Shown here: positions 30,398-64,000 of the stretch, one piece after another | Position numbering within the stretch: position 1 is the stretch's first letter | Layout of the letters: each line of letters starts with the position of its first letter | NCBI GenBank assembly: GCA_040954595.2 | Contig: CM082577.2 | Location: 5,010,301 to 5,074,300, forward strand | DNA length: 64,000 nt | Source: Balanoglossus misakiensis | Lineage: Eukaryota > Animalia > Hemichordata | Direction of reading: 5' to 3' | Translations under genes and position numbers: made by a program | Notes under the pieces: model-generated | Told to the model about the DNA's origin: nothing | What the model saw: only the letters and a program-made list of their open reading frames with translations | Database searches by the model: none

Positions 30398-33300
30398 AAA
30401 TAAATATAGAGAAAAAACAGAGTGTTCCCATGCTACTTGTTCAGTTAGGGGTCTTAAATATTGTGGAAAATGCTGACTCAGCACTTTTCTTGCAATCCCA
30501 ATCGTATAGTTTTCCTATGGTGAAATGTCTGAACAGCTCTATCAAAAAATCAAGCATGGTGACATAGTATTTTCTTCATATCATTTAATAACACTCCTAT
30601 TTTGGCACCTTATATTAAAATCTCAAGAAAATGACAGTAGTGTAACGCTGTTTTCTCAACATTCTACACGTAAGGCTATGGAATATGCGATAACCTTGCA
30701 CTGACAATGGGTAGTCATCTACCTTAAGTCCAAGATAACACTGATGTTTATTAGGTATTTGAACTGTTGCCTGTGGGCTTGAAGCGCTCGGTTTTTCCAA
30801 AGCTGATTGCATCTCTAATCCCGGTTTTTAAATCCTCTCCGAAGGCATAGACGGGAAGAGCTGGAAATAAGATATAAGCCCAGGCTCCTCAGAAATACTT
30901 CATAATAAGCCGTAAGCAGGTCATTCTGTGTATAAACTGTATACAAATGCAGCTCAAAGGAAGGACCCATCAAAACAAGATTTAGCAAAATACACGACGT
31001 ATAGCATCTGCAGCTCAAGCAAAAAACAAACATCAAAAAGCAGAGAATGGTGTAACATGAATAATTATTGTATGATGCCTTAGACACTGGGACGCACATC
31101 GTCCGTGTCACAGGTGCGATATCTGAGCAAAGCCATTGGGACACAGAAGAAATTATAAGTCTTCTCTTTTGAAGGAAGACAAATTGTACCTAAATCCCTG
31201 TATTTTGTGAACAGCCCTGTTGTACTGCATGGACATGATCTTTTACCCTTTTTTTTGCTGCAAGCTATCATTTGTGATTCTGTTATTTGTGATTGACCTG
31301 CCAGCAAGATTTTCAGTGTAATGCTGCAACCTTCGACTTAACTAAATGTGTGAGCAACAATGAAGATATCACCGAAGGATGAACTATCCTCTGTCGTATT
31401 CTGTCTTCTGCAAAATTTCTTTTTGTGAAAAATGATATCTGCGTAGTCTGTACATGTGCGACATTTTATTCCGGGGTAGGCCTACTAAGCAGTGAGTTGA
31501 CTTTGACATATTTCAAGCCACAGAAGGGCTGCAAGTCTTTCTCTCTATTTTTGAGTGGTGTTCGTGATTTGATTGCTGATTCACGCCCGACGAAGGAGGT
31601 AATCTATAAAGACACTGAACCGTATTGGCTCCTGGGGGCATGCAGGGTCAGTAACAGCTCTTTGTGATTGGTCGCTGAAGGTATCCTAAGATAAACCGAC
31701 CCTCCCGCAGAGTAATTAGTACACTCATGACTGCGTCCATCCGTCAACAAGTCACGGCTGATCGCAAGAACGAGCCGTAATTTCTGCCCCCGTGATACTG
31801 AGAGGATTATTTTATAGGAGAGTTATGAAACAGCGTATGGAAATCGATCAAATCAAACACACGGTTCAAAAGTATCAAAAGAGAAAAAAAACTAAATATT
31901 TCCTGCTGTGCAAAACAATCCAACTGCCTGGAGCTGCTGGGCAAGATTTCAGTGGTAAAAATTGTGTATGTCAAGCATCCAGCAGTTTGTTGCTTACATC
32001 ACAAGCAAACCATTGCTGACTTCACAATTGAGCGTGAGCTAATCTGCTAAACATGAAACAACAAGAAACTATAGTTTGGCGATACACTATCTGAATCTGA
32101 ATTTGAAATGTCACAGTCTGTCAACTGAGATATATTTAAATGAGGCCGGAGTTTTAAGGTGAATAGATGACTTATATATCAACAGAAAAGTGAAGTTCAA
32201 GAAATGATTAAATAAAATTACAGACATGTGGTGAATGGCAGATTATTGCTGAGAGTTGCAATATATTCTTACAGCATAGACAGTCTCAGAGGATGATGGT
32301 GCATTCATTCTCATAATATTCATTCTTATCATTATTATATAGTTACATTAATCACTGTCTTAGGAGTGTGTGGTTTCCCCTAACGACAACTCGGTTGATA
32401 TGAAATATGCAGCACTACATATACAGCGTTGTTATGGGAATTTATAATAAGATTCATTCAGGTCTGTCGCTACTCTAGAGGCAGCGAAACAAAAATGATC
32501 GATTGGAATTTTGTTTTTAATTATCGCTAAGTGTTTGTATCAAGATAAGTAATGGTCCTGTCATTTCGACGCAAATTGAAATAATGGTCAATGTTAAGGC
32601 CCCAATAGCTGCCACTGTTAGTGTACCGTACTCTTGCAGTGGGTGGCTGAATAAATTACAGTAGGTTTCTCAATGATGGTCGAACTAATTTTCATCAGTT
32701 AGTCCAGGGAGCATCCTTCGTGTAAATTTACAACTTTTTGGAACTAGTGATTGCTGTGGTAAAAGTCTGATACAAAATGATACGGCAACTAGCATGGGTA
32801 TTTGAATGCATTTGCAGCGCATCTGCTAGAGACTTCCGATCATTACGAGTGCGTGAGACTCTTGAATCATCAGAGTTGCATAATTTGCATATCACGCAGC
32901 GAGGAAATCGTGACAATTCTCAGCGCCGATGGTGCAACAGTATAATAGAGAAATATTCTGCAATTAAATTGACAAGAGCCTGGGAATATATTTGTATGGA
33001 TGGCTAAAAGTATGATAAACTCAATGGTCCTCGCTTCACTCCATCTTTTGCAGTTGAATTGACATCCAGTTGCCATGGAAATGCTCTTGTGAAAGGGGAT
33101 GGTTCATATTCGATGGTCTTGATGAGTATGTTAGCATTGAGTGTACAAGTTGGTTCCTTTGTATGTGTGTGTGTGCATGTGTGCTTTTGGGCTCTAAATC
33201 ATTACAGTAACTATAATTATTCTGCAAGGATGCACATGTATAGTGCAAATTCGAATTTGAATGTATCTTGATTCTGAATCGGAAAACTGGATTATCATGC

Positions 33301-35457
33301 TGAGAGAGAATCTTTATCAGAAAGTGTCTTCAAATCACCTCGAGTATGCAGGTGTTACGTACACATCAACAAACTTTAGAAAAGTGTCAATGCACTTTAT
33401 AAGGGATAGGTAAACATTTAAATGCATAGTTAAAATGGCAGTAGCAGCAACAGCTGTGTCACAAAATGCAAAGTGTGTCGAGTTATTTAAATACCGCACC
33501 AAAGCACTTTCAGATAATGATAAATATAACAGACATGAAAAACACTAAATGCATTCTCGTTTAATGTAAATTAATGGAAAATGCAGTGTAATTTACCGAA
33601 AACATGATTATTCCGAACTTGTGGTTATCATTAATTCATACAAGCTGCTGTAAAAATGGTTATTCAGAAAATTTTATTATACATGTATGTTAGACAGCAT
33701 ATGGTGAAAATGTGTTCTCATTGAATGGAGGGCACACTGAACGAGAATAGGTTATGATGACAAGCAACATTTTTTATTTGAAAATGTTTTCATTGAGTTT
33801 AATGGTTTACTCTCGCCTGTGTAATCTGAAGGACTCTACATTCATAAAATTAAATTATAAAGCAGTGTGCAAGGTGGAAGTGTTCATGTATTAAAACTGC
33901 TAGCCACGGGATTGGCAGCTAGAGATTCCCACCAGTAGGAGAAAGTGGCGAAGTTAAAGATCTACAAGTCTAGTGATTGTAACAGATAGCACGTCGCAGG
34001 TGCACGATTCAGATTTCAGATACAGAATATATGGAGCAGCCCGACACAGCAGCTCGGGCAATGTGCGACATGGGACAAAGTAGTATGTTATGGAGACGTA
34101 TTAAAAGTTTCAGCATGACAGTGGATTGTGTTTTTATCAGTGTCGGGGCAACGCTGTAAAGATGCGCGCCGTCACGCAGACTGCAGATTTGTGCATGCGA
34201 GGAAAACCGAAATCAAAAGCTGATTACATGAATCCGGCAGTAAGATGACACGTGAGACCTTTAGCAGAGAATGTTGTGATCATTAAGCTGTCAGTCGAGG
34301 TCCCCAGATGATTTTTGTGTGTGGTTTTTATATATCGGCATCTAATATCAGGAACACAAGTGGAAATGATTGATGCCTGTCTGTAGTTTATTGTAAACTT
34401 GGAGTTTTGTGTACAGTCTGAAAATTTTGATCCTATGCCATATACATGCGGTCATCAGGGAAAAAGTCACGTGAAACACCATTAATCGTGTTTCTGGGGA
34501 GATCTTGTCAGAAATTGGATTCCAAGACGAATCAAGAAGTAGGTCATGAAAACTATTACGAAGGCCATATGTATATACCAAAGCCATTGTTTTATATCTA
34601 CATGTACAATGTATGTAATGACTATTTGGGTCTGAATCTTGGAAAGCACCACTCTGCAGTATATCTTATCTTATCAATATCTCAGTGTTCATCTCAGTTG
34701 TTCGTATTATTTTAAAATCGGCAGATTATCTCCAGAATCTGTGCTTTGAAAATCGAGCAAGTTAATTAGGTTTAATTTTCAAAAATGATGTTTCCTGGAG
34801 GCCAAGCTGCCTGGAGGATGTGTCTCTTGTATATTACTTCGAGATAAATCACTTTTTTTAACTTTTTCTATGTGTCTGTGGGTGTTGCCTTTATATGTGG
34901 GTCAATAAAAGTGAAATATGAGGTTGGTTTTTTGGCTGAGTAGAAAACTGTCACTGCAGCGTGTGTTGAAATTGATGTATGCCCATACTAGAATTAGACG
35001 CAATATTTGACCTCAAAAAATGGTGCTTTCGCCTGTCGCATACAATGTGACAGTGACTTGGCTTTTGGACATACAGTTAATTGCATGACTGAATTTAGTG
35101 ACAAAAAAGACACTTGACTAATTTACATAATTTATATGCTGCATTTTGAACGGTTCAAAATAAATTAATATAGAATTAGTAGTACGAACTTAAAAGGAAA
35201 GTTGTACATGTCTACCCAGATGTTATTAATACCCTTTGTCAGTCGTTCTTGTATTGGGAACACGGTCACGTTAAATATCATGTTAGCATGTTGAATTTTA
35301 CATGATCTTAGTGTTCGAAATACTTTCCTTCAAATATTCATGGCCGAAACGTGGAAATAATATCTCACTGGATGGCACCATTAAACTGGATATATTGTCA
35401 CCTAAAACCCGTCTGTGGTTACAGTTCGCCTCTCAAGAAGTCTTTCAGCTGATCTAT

Positions 35458-35460
<3 letters not shown>

Positions 35461-35502
<42 letters not shown>
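35461..35502. repeat. (CT)21 microsatellite
   Basis: Seen directly. Confidence 0.97.
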
Positions 35503-35504
<2 letters not shown>

Positions 35505-37569
35505 CTCGCTCTCTGCCTTCATTCCATACAACCACAGTACTGCCCTGCACAGGTCAAATATTTACTGTTGAATTTTTTTGAAATGCTTCTTAATTCAGCT
35601 CCTGGTGACAGACATGTCAGATCCTTTTTCAGTGCTGTCTTCTGAAGGGAGTGGATTTCACTGATAGCCTCGATGGAATACAGATTGTCTAAAATTCACA
35701 TCAAATATGAAGTGTGTTTGGTTTCAGTTTACATCTGCCTCGGCTAATGATGGCTACTGAACGAATATATATGCACCCATGCTGGATTCAATTGATTAAA
35801 TTTCACTGATCAGTTTCACGAGATGTAAAGAAGTTCTTACTTCTTAGTATTTAGAATATTGAGTTACAAAAATAATGTTGCTCATATAAAGCTTGAATGA
35901 TGTTGAAAATATCCCCCCCCCCCCAAATATAAAGTCCCCTGGTGGAATAGTGACATTTCTCTCCAGATTAAATGTTATTTCATCAAAAAAGTGAATCTTC
36001 ATTGAAAACCCGACCAGTGAAAATTGATTTTCTCAAAGACCTGTCAGAATTGCGACTCGATCAAAATAATTTGAGACCATGGTGTCTCATTTACTCTTTG
36101 CCTCTCGGGCAGAATTACTGGGACTGAAAAACATTCTACCGTAACCTTTACTTATTTACGTAAACTGTTGATCTGGAGAAATCAGATGTCCGGTTCACTC
36201 TTGTTTTGAATGCGAGTTCTTCCCCTTCGGTCAAGATTAACCTGAAATCTCTGACGCTGCTGTCCTTGAAATGAAAAGTCAGGAGGCAGTTGCAACATTA
36301 CCCACAGTTATATGTAATGATGTATAAGATCTTCAGAATGGATTTTCGGCTGATGGGGGGGGGGGGGGGGGGGACATATAAAAATTATTCACCAGAATCT
36401 TCTTATACTATCTGCTGGTTTGAAGCTCTTGCCTGTTTTATGTATACACGTTCAGTGGATGTTTTCCTTAGTACAACATTTGGAAGGTTAAATGGTAAAT
36501 CAGGAATGACAGTGGAAGTCAGTCGCCAGGAGATCTCCCAGACTAGTCTACGATTGACCTTGAAATTGGATGATGATTGCAGACCTGTGTGTGCGATCTC
36601 TTGTATAGCATCGATTGCAAATGATGAATGACCATGGAGATTAGAATGAAAGACTTTAGATAGCGGTCAATGTCGAATAATTAATAGGCAATAGTTTTAC
36701 ATATAATTCCCATCAGTATACTCATTTTCGTGTCCATTTATTGACAGGATGAATAGAGCCAGAGTCTTTCTGTTCTTTCTGTTTTTATTCGAACATACTG
36801 CAGGTACCGGGTACATCCTTTGTAACCAACATTTCTAACGTACATGTATAGTTTGCCACTGATTGAAATTGTAGTGGCTATCTTTTTTGCATGGTTTGTT
36901 GAAGAGAATATCAAATCTTACTATTTCTTTGTTTTTAAATTATACCTCAAAGGCAAAGTACGGTATATCAGTGTCGATACACTATCCCTGGGTAATGGAT
37001 CTGTTTAATCCATTTCCAACTACTTTCAAAAGAATCACCTTCCATTTTCTAAACTACCATGCTTTTGTTACATTTAATAAAGAAACTACTCTCACGATGT
37101 CTGTTACAGTATACCGTAGCTAGGGGCATTTCGGTTCCTCTGAAATGATTTCTTCCGAGCATGATCATGGTGAATTAATACATGCAGGATACATCGTCAT
37201 CAGTTTGAGAGTTGCGTATCGCAGCATGTTGTGAAGCAGTCCTAAATATACGGTTCTTTGAAAGCAGATAATAGATTGCGGATTTTCTCATTTAAAGATG
37301 ATTTTATGTCATCGATATGAAATATTCTTTTCATGTGACGCAAATAAAAGTATCAGTACATGGGATATTTGTAATCTGTACAACAGCTGCAATACACAGC
37401 TGCGGATATTTTGCATCATTCGAAATAAACCTTGCAGATAACACAACTAACTACTATTGTTGTGTTTTTAGCAGTTTCATGTGCTTTTCAATGATTCCAA
37501 TTCTGATTTAATAATCAAAATGCCAGTGGATAATCTTTCTTCTCCTTTTTTTTTTTGATTTCTTATCAG

Positions 37570-57291
<19,722 letters not shown>

Positions 57292-57431
57292 CCTTGACAG
57301 AAAATCACTTGGGAGGTCAGAGTTGAAAGGGGAAAGGTCTCTCCAGGACTGGTCATTTTCAGCTTTATCATTCATATACTACCTTTAATAATTAAAATTG
57401 TGTATAAAACTTTCACCCCTCAAATCCCATC

Positions 57432-57437
57432 AATAAA
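57432..57437 (+). terminator. First AATAAA polyadenylation signal candidate after exon B
   Basis: AATAAA about 140 nt after the stop. Others occur at about 57990 and 58685-58812, so the true 3' end is unknown. Confidence 0.35.
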
Positions 57438-60400
57438 TATGGTTAATCTACTGAAGAAAATTTCAATGAGATGAAGAAACATTTCCTCAGAGAATATTCA
57501 CCTTTATAAGGCCCCACAAATCACTCAAATTACTTCAAAGTTTACCTTTTTTTAGTTTAATTAATATCTCCGGGATTTCCATTTTTGTTACCAATTTTTG
57601 AATGTTTATGGTCAGCGGTTCAAGAAAATTTGTGCTAGACGCAACTTGTCTGTTCATCGTAATTTTTGTGTATTTTTTTATTTTTATTTTATCCCTGAAT
57701 AGCTTATGTCATGGTGTTAATAGTAATCGAGGGACTTTATCCCTGGTGGGGTATTGACGGTTTTGATGCCAAACTTTTTAGTAAGTGCACATCTGGTTCC
57801 TCTCATGTAGTTACAGCTGCTGCTTGCCTTCAGAGTTCGTACTGTTCGTTACAGATATCAATGACTTCAGAAATTCACACTTACTCTGCTACATGGAGAG
57901 CTAGTATAGAACTGTAATATCGCCAAAAGTCACCGTATCCAGTGCAACCAAACTGGGATATACTAGTTTGTATTTACTGTCCTAGTAAAAATAAATAAGT
58001 TCAGTCCAAATTTATATTAGAAATCCCCTTGCTAGGGAGTCGATTCATTGACTGTTGCCTGGCACCATAACAGTCAATGAAAACCTAAATCCAAAAGACC
58101 CCCTAGCTTGTTGAATTGATGTTAACTCGCTATGGAGGCAAAACTAATAACATTTGAAATATAAGTGACCAGTGTTTTTACTGAGACAGGCTTCACGAAA
58201 GGTGCAATACATTGAGTACAGTCATTTCGTGCCCACGATACAGGCCACTGTATTCATATTGGCTGTACTCATTATCTAAATTAACTATGCTAATTAATCC
58301 CACACTGAAAAAGTGATCAATTCATTGTGTAGACGATTACACTGCTCATCATGTAGACAACTGGCCTTCTCCAGTTTAGCAGCAAACAGAAAAACCCATA
58401 GGTCATTATTTAGAAGAGTGTAGGGTTATCATTTAGAAAACCTCTGGGTGATTATTTGGAAAGTTGCTTGGTTCGTTATTCAAGAGACCTCCTATAGACT
58501 AGTGTCCATCTCTGAAAAACCTTTTCATAAACTCCAATTTCTTCCCAGAACATTACTTTTAAGTAATGCCACTAACAGTTATTTCAAATTCATTTGATGA
58601 CATCTTAATTTACATGACTGCTTTCACATTCTTCAACTGATCTGATTTTAGAGGGGGTATGAACTACATTTTCTTGTGGGGTTCTAATAAATTAATATGA
58701 TAGGGTTCCGAAGGTTTGAATACAATCATACATTGCAAACAATTATCAGTATTTCTCTGTTATTTCTTAAATCTTTGTCATATGAAATAAAAGTTGGTAG
58801 ATAGTGAATAAAAAGGTTCCTAGTGTAATTATCTGGTAGAGGTCAAAGTTCAAAGACCAAAATACTCTTGTAGAGAGAGGATTTCAAGTTGTATAATTTA
58901 TTCAAGAAAACTTATAAATAATTAAAACTGTACATTTCTTGCATCTATAATATTGTAATTTATTGCAAACTTTGTGAAAAATCAATATCGCCATTTGTGA
59001 AAACTGAAAATGTGAAATTGTTACATGAATTATACCTTATTAAGAGTCCCTTGATTGGCACCGATACTGCATGAACTCCTTATGTAAGCTATTATTTTGA
59101 TATGGCTGCCTAGCTTAATTGTTTTGTTGGCAGTTGTAGACATCATGAATATCAGAAAAAGTGGATATTACATTTTTGGAAAACTTGGGGGGACTGCATG
59201 TGTATGCCTACCCAGTATTTACGCAGCATATATATATATATATAATGTATTTGCATATTGCTAGGTGGAAAATTTAGGATTTCTGTGCATTTGGAAAATT
59301 TCACACAGATCATGATTAAAACTCAGTTAGTCTTTGTCTATGATTACAAAAAACATAGAAGTGTATGATGTAGATCTGGTGATCTATGTGGTCACAGTAA
59401 CAGTAAGTCTTCAATCCCTTAAACATTAAAAGAAAAAAAACATGGTAGATTGCTTATTGAATTAGAGTCAAGTGTCATGTTGTTAAAATTTTTCTTCATT
59501 GCTCTTTAGTCAAAAGTTTCGAATTCTCTTGTTGCAGATCTGACAGTCTCCTTTTACAAGATCACATTTTTGCACTTGTAGAATCTCAAATTTCAAGATG
59601 CAGAGCTATCACCAATGAAATATCGATATCTGTAGACAATTGCTTGAAACTGGCTTTTCGATAGTTGGTGGCCAGGTTCAAATGGCATATCTCACTTACC
59701 TTGATGGTCACGAATTTTCAGTTGCGGTTCAGTATTGAAACTATCACATTCTCTTTCCCGCAAATAGATAAACAACTACAAGCCTCACTACGTACTATGT
59801 TTACCAGCAGTATGTCAAACTGATTGTGATTTTACATGACATACCGGTAGATTCAATAGGTCATAGTTTGTTGCCTGTGAGTGCTGCACTCTATAAGTTG
59901 TGTGTCAGAGAGAATTTAATCCTGATGTCACATTTTCGACATATCTGACAGTGCAGTATATGGCTGTAATAAACTTTTCATTTTGCACATTGACAAAAAT
60001 AGCTGGTCTACCCCGCAGACTAACAACTGAGCTATTTAAAGAATTGCCCGTCATTAACTTGTAAAATACCTATTAATCTTTCCACGGCTGACATCAGTAT
60101 TGAACAGCAGGCCGGTCATAGCACCCTCTCTGTACCATATGTGCATTCCAAAACTCTGTGTTGACAGTTATTCCTTATAGTGATGTTTAATACCACATCC
60201 CAGACAGTCTATGACCAAAGTGATGGTCTCAGTACTACTCATAAAATTTATACAATGAAAACAGTTTGAGCTGCACAGAAGTATATGTACTGGCCATTGA
60301 TATTTTCATCCTGCAGTCCAGTTAACAAGAAACATTATGTTTGTACATGTATACATTGTTGTCAGTCTCATTTGATAAGAAACAGTTATTGTATAAATTG

Positions 60401-62482
60401 TTGCAAGTGTTATAAAGGGACACCTGTTGACTCAAGGGAATGATTGGGTTGTGTTTTGTTTAGGTTGATACATTCTTATCAGTAAAGCATTCATTGCGGT
60501 CTAGACCGCAGATGGCTTTTCACTTTTACCTTGAATTGGAAACGTAGACACAGTGTTTCTTTTTGACATGTTGATCGAAAAAATCAATGGTCTGTACCCT
60601 CCTGTGCAGCTCAATAGGTTTGTGTTGTACTATACATTAATAAATACCATATAAATCACTACAGCAGAGCACAAGAAGTTATACTTGAATACCAGTACTT
60701 CAAGTGCATGCTGTCCAGATGGTATCTGTTTTTAACCAACACTGGAACAGTTTTCCGAAAATTTGAAAGAATGTGGATCCTAATACTCTCCTGGTAAAGG
60801 TCATAAAAACAATTCAAGAAATACTCTTATATGACTGCAAATGTTGTGTCTGTGGTAAGCGAGGCTTAACAATGAAAACCAGGAGGGTTGGCCGTCCATC
60901 TGCCAAAAATAATATGCTCCAACATATTAATTCACACTGCGTCGCGAACTCCAAGAAAACATGCTTCAAGATTTCGATGAAGTCTTCAGGCACAGAGGGT
61001 GCTATGACACAGGTGCATGCTGGGGGGCAAAGACCAAGAAATATCAGGTTGTCGAGGGAGTGTTAACAACTTCCTATCTATGCACTGATTTTTCAAATAG
61101 AAAATATTTCCTTATACATTTCAGCAGAACTTGGTCATCTTTGTCTTATTCTCTTGATTTCAAATCTGTACATTGCATTTTAATGTTTTAATTTGTGGGG
61201 ATAGTGGAAAGAATCTATTGGACGCCAACAATTTCTCACTTGCATTCCCCAGAAATATGGATGGAGTTGGTGTATACCGGTATTGTTAGTGTATAAAGTT
61301 CTTGCAGAGGATAAGACCACACATGGTTATCTTTCAGTTTGTCTTCTGCACGCACATTTTTTATGTGGTATATGGGCACAGTCAGCCATGCTTTGTTTTT
61401 GTTTTATTTTCCCCTTGTATGGAGAAACTGACTATCCGAGTTTACCATATAAGGAAATGTTGGGGTTCATGTTTGTCCTTATATGGATAACTGGTAATTC
61501 ATGTTACCAAATAAGGAAAATCTGCTGTTAACTATACTACAATACATTTAACATGGATATAACCTAGTACGTATAATGAGATGTTTTTCATGAATTGTGA
61601 GCTACCTTGTACAAAAATAAGACCTTGCATTTTGTTTTCTCTGTACATGTACCCACGACCACGTTCACAATTATTCTGTCTTCACAGCATTGTAAATATG
61701 TTTTTTTCTTCAGAATTTTATCAGTAGAAGTGAGAAAAACCTGCAAATCTTTCAATTCCATGTCGTTTTTGGTACTAAAACGCTTATCACAGTCATCTTT
61801 CTTTGAAGTTCATGTCTGTAAATGGGGCCTGACTTGAAAACATTTGAAATTTTCTCGGCCTTGCGACGATGATGCAGGTGATCGCATTTTCATGTCTCGC
61901 ATCATCGTTTGGAAACTTGTCAAGCAGAATCATGCACTGGCTCTAATTTTACACCTACCTTGGATCTATTATAAAAAAAATATGGTGTGTAGATTTCATG
62001 GGTGAAATTGGGGTTTGTCAAATAAACTTTAGTGTGATGTTGACATAGTGCTAACTCGTCACAATGAAAAGCCTTTTTTTTATTTCTCTCAAAGTTTTTT
62101 TCTTCACAGAGTGAACTTCAAACTTCAGTCCATGTAAGTTACAATATGCGGTGCAATCTTATAGACTTTTTTACAGCGATTAAGTGAAAAAGTTAGCAAT
62201 ACTAGTGATTACACCATAGGTATTGACAGACGTTGCTATGACAATAAAAACACTGTAAAGCTTTTTTGTTGTTGTTGCTTAGGTTTTTAGACAGGAGAGG
62301 TATTGGACTTACTATGTAGTGTCTCTTGGATTCCTTATACAGTTACTTGTATAATTCATGATCAATATTCTGGAACAAATAAACTTGGACATGATTTAAA
62401 CTTAATATCAGGTTTCATTTCGGTAGTATATGTTCTACTGACATTTCAATCCATTGCACTCTAAGCCCACTTTCAGGACATG

Positions 62483-62562
62483 TTAAGGTGTTATGCATCT
62501 CGAAAACCTAAGTTATAAACTTTTTTCTCGTATTTTGTTCAAGGCAACTTTGAATCATTCTT
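62483..62562. mobile_element. Terminal fragment of the TTAA-GGT element family
   Basis: TTAAGGTGTTATGCATCTCGAAAA resembles the termini at 30319 and 44237. Confidence 0.4.
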
Positions 62563-64000
62563 TGAGGGCGCACTCAAAGTTCATAGTCAAGACAGGGTAA
62601 TATCATCGTCGTAAACCACGGCCTATTTACGGCAACAGTTGCTATGGAGCAGGGGTAGATAACTCTGGCTCGCGAGAATGGTAGCTATGGCTACAGAACA
62701 GTGTTTAGATCCAGTCAATAAATGGGGTCGGGCAATAGTCTGGACTGCCGATTATACTGCTGCTGTCGAACCAGTATTTTTCATGGATGATATGCAAATG
62801 AAGATAAAGTAGTACCTGTTGCATGCCTGACAGCATGTTAAAATAAAAAGCTATTTTAAACTCTTCCTTTTGTCACTACGACCAGGAAATGAAATTACAA
62901 TTGTTTATCCCATAGACCAACAGTTTCAGTATGACACTATGTATTTAAGAGATCCACCAACACCAGAAAACAAGAAATATTTCCTCCCCCCAAAATATTA
63001 ATAATGCTTCCAACGTTCTTGTATTAACTCTTGGTTACGTATTAAGCGGATAAGCCGTCGCGACTACGCATGCCCTGTCGACTATCTATTAAACATCCAT
63101 CCACATGATCCATAGGGTCAAAGTGCCACAATTTAATAATAGTAATACCGTCATTATTTGTTCACGTATGTGTTAACCGGCCGCGGTTCTAAAGGTGTGA
63201 TACTCGCCGGTCACAGAAGTCCTGTGCTTTAAATGTAACGCTGGAAAAGAGACGAAATTTGACTTCGGGATGTTGGCATCGATCAAGGTAACATTCTATG
63301 TACAGATTGTCATGGGATAAAGACAATGTCATGTTTTGTACAAAGTTTTGTTGAAATTTCGACGCTACGTGACCAAAGGTACACGTAAACCGGAAACAGA
63401 GTTTTGTCAACGTGAATTATCTGTGTTAAAACACCGTCCGGTAAGTGTCACTCCACAAGTTTGACAGATAAGTTGCCTGGTTCTGCACATGGGAGCGACG
63501 GAGATTGTATCGACCAAAGTACAAATTTTATATCTGATCTTACCATTTATTGACACAACGTACGAGGACCGTTGTCTGTACACTGAGGCCCGGTGAAACC
63601 GGCCTCCCGTACTGTCAAACGCACAGCTGATAAAAAATCTAACCTTGGTGGGTGGCCAGCTCTTAATATGAGTGCAGCATTTGATACTTTGGGGAGTTAC
63701 AAAATTTTCCACGAAAACAATAGTTGCTAGCCAACTATAGAAAAACGTGCTTGCCTTTACAATAGCATAGAAAACCATAGAAAATTTTTTTGCCTGCATC
63801 AAGACTAAAACTTGCTTTGATGCATTTGTTAGGCGCATATTGTCTGGCGATCTCTGGAGGTTTCGCCTACGGTGGCACTATGTGTAAGCCGGTATCCTTT
63901 TGAACTCACGGTTTAGCATTACATGTAGTTCAATTTAACTATATATGAACTGTTTTTGTCGACAGACATTCACAACTGACCCTTTGTTTCCCGAAAAGGT

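Larger units (their letters stand above)
1..37569 (+). other. Probable large intron (>37.5 kb) of the PKC gene upstream of the C1B/C2 exon
   Basis: The first recognised exon begins mid-C1B in phase 1. No pseudosubstrate, C1A or FCDHCG-type exon was seen by eye here, and there is no convincing ORF. Confidence 0.7.

Noticed and set aside
1127-37511. Dozens of 60-120 aa ORFs in the first 37 kb
   Set aside because: No recognisable domains, many non-ATG starts, and lengths expected in random AT-rich DNA.
58031-58107. SECIS interpretation of the hairpin
   Set aside because: It lacks the AUGA/GA quartet geometry, and there is no in-frame UGA in the exon B isoform.
60495-60510. Perfect 16-bp palindrome TGCGGTCTAGACCGCA
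   Set aside because: About one such palindrome is expected by chance in 64 kb.
62660-63120. Octamer ATGCAAAT and CTCGCGAGA as an snRNA or housekeeping promoter
   Set aside because: No recognisable snRNA or first exon follows, and short motifs alone are insufficient.

Overview
This is AT-rich (about 37% GC, estimated by eye) eukaryotic, most likely invertebrate metazoan, genomic DNA. It is dominated by the 3' part of one intron-rich + strand gene for a conventional (Ca2+/DAG-dependent) protein kinase C, probably the single pro-orthologue of vertebrate PRKCA/B/G. I reconstructed 10 constitutive coding exons (37570-53792: end of C1B, C2, V3 hinge, kinase domain), all with GT-AG boundaries and consistent phases. 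They are followed by two tandem alternative terminal (V5) exons: a betaII/alpha/gamma-type tail (54285-54452) and a tail very close to vertebrate PKC-betaI (57139-57291). The N-terminal exons were not found, so bases 1-37569 are most likely one very large intron, carrying MITEs, mini/microsatellites and many RFX X-box-like motifs. Other signals are a possible internal PKM-like or poison exon in the hinge intron, an in-frame stop-free 99-nt intron, a nested stem-loop downstream of the last exon, a long palindromic element, and a strong excess of TACCGGTA/TACATGTA palindromes that look like transposon footprints. Most short ORFs in the track appear spurious. All counts were made by eye, and comparisons with human proteins and exon structure are from memory.
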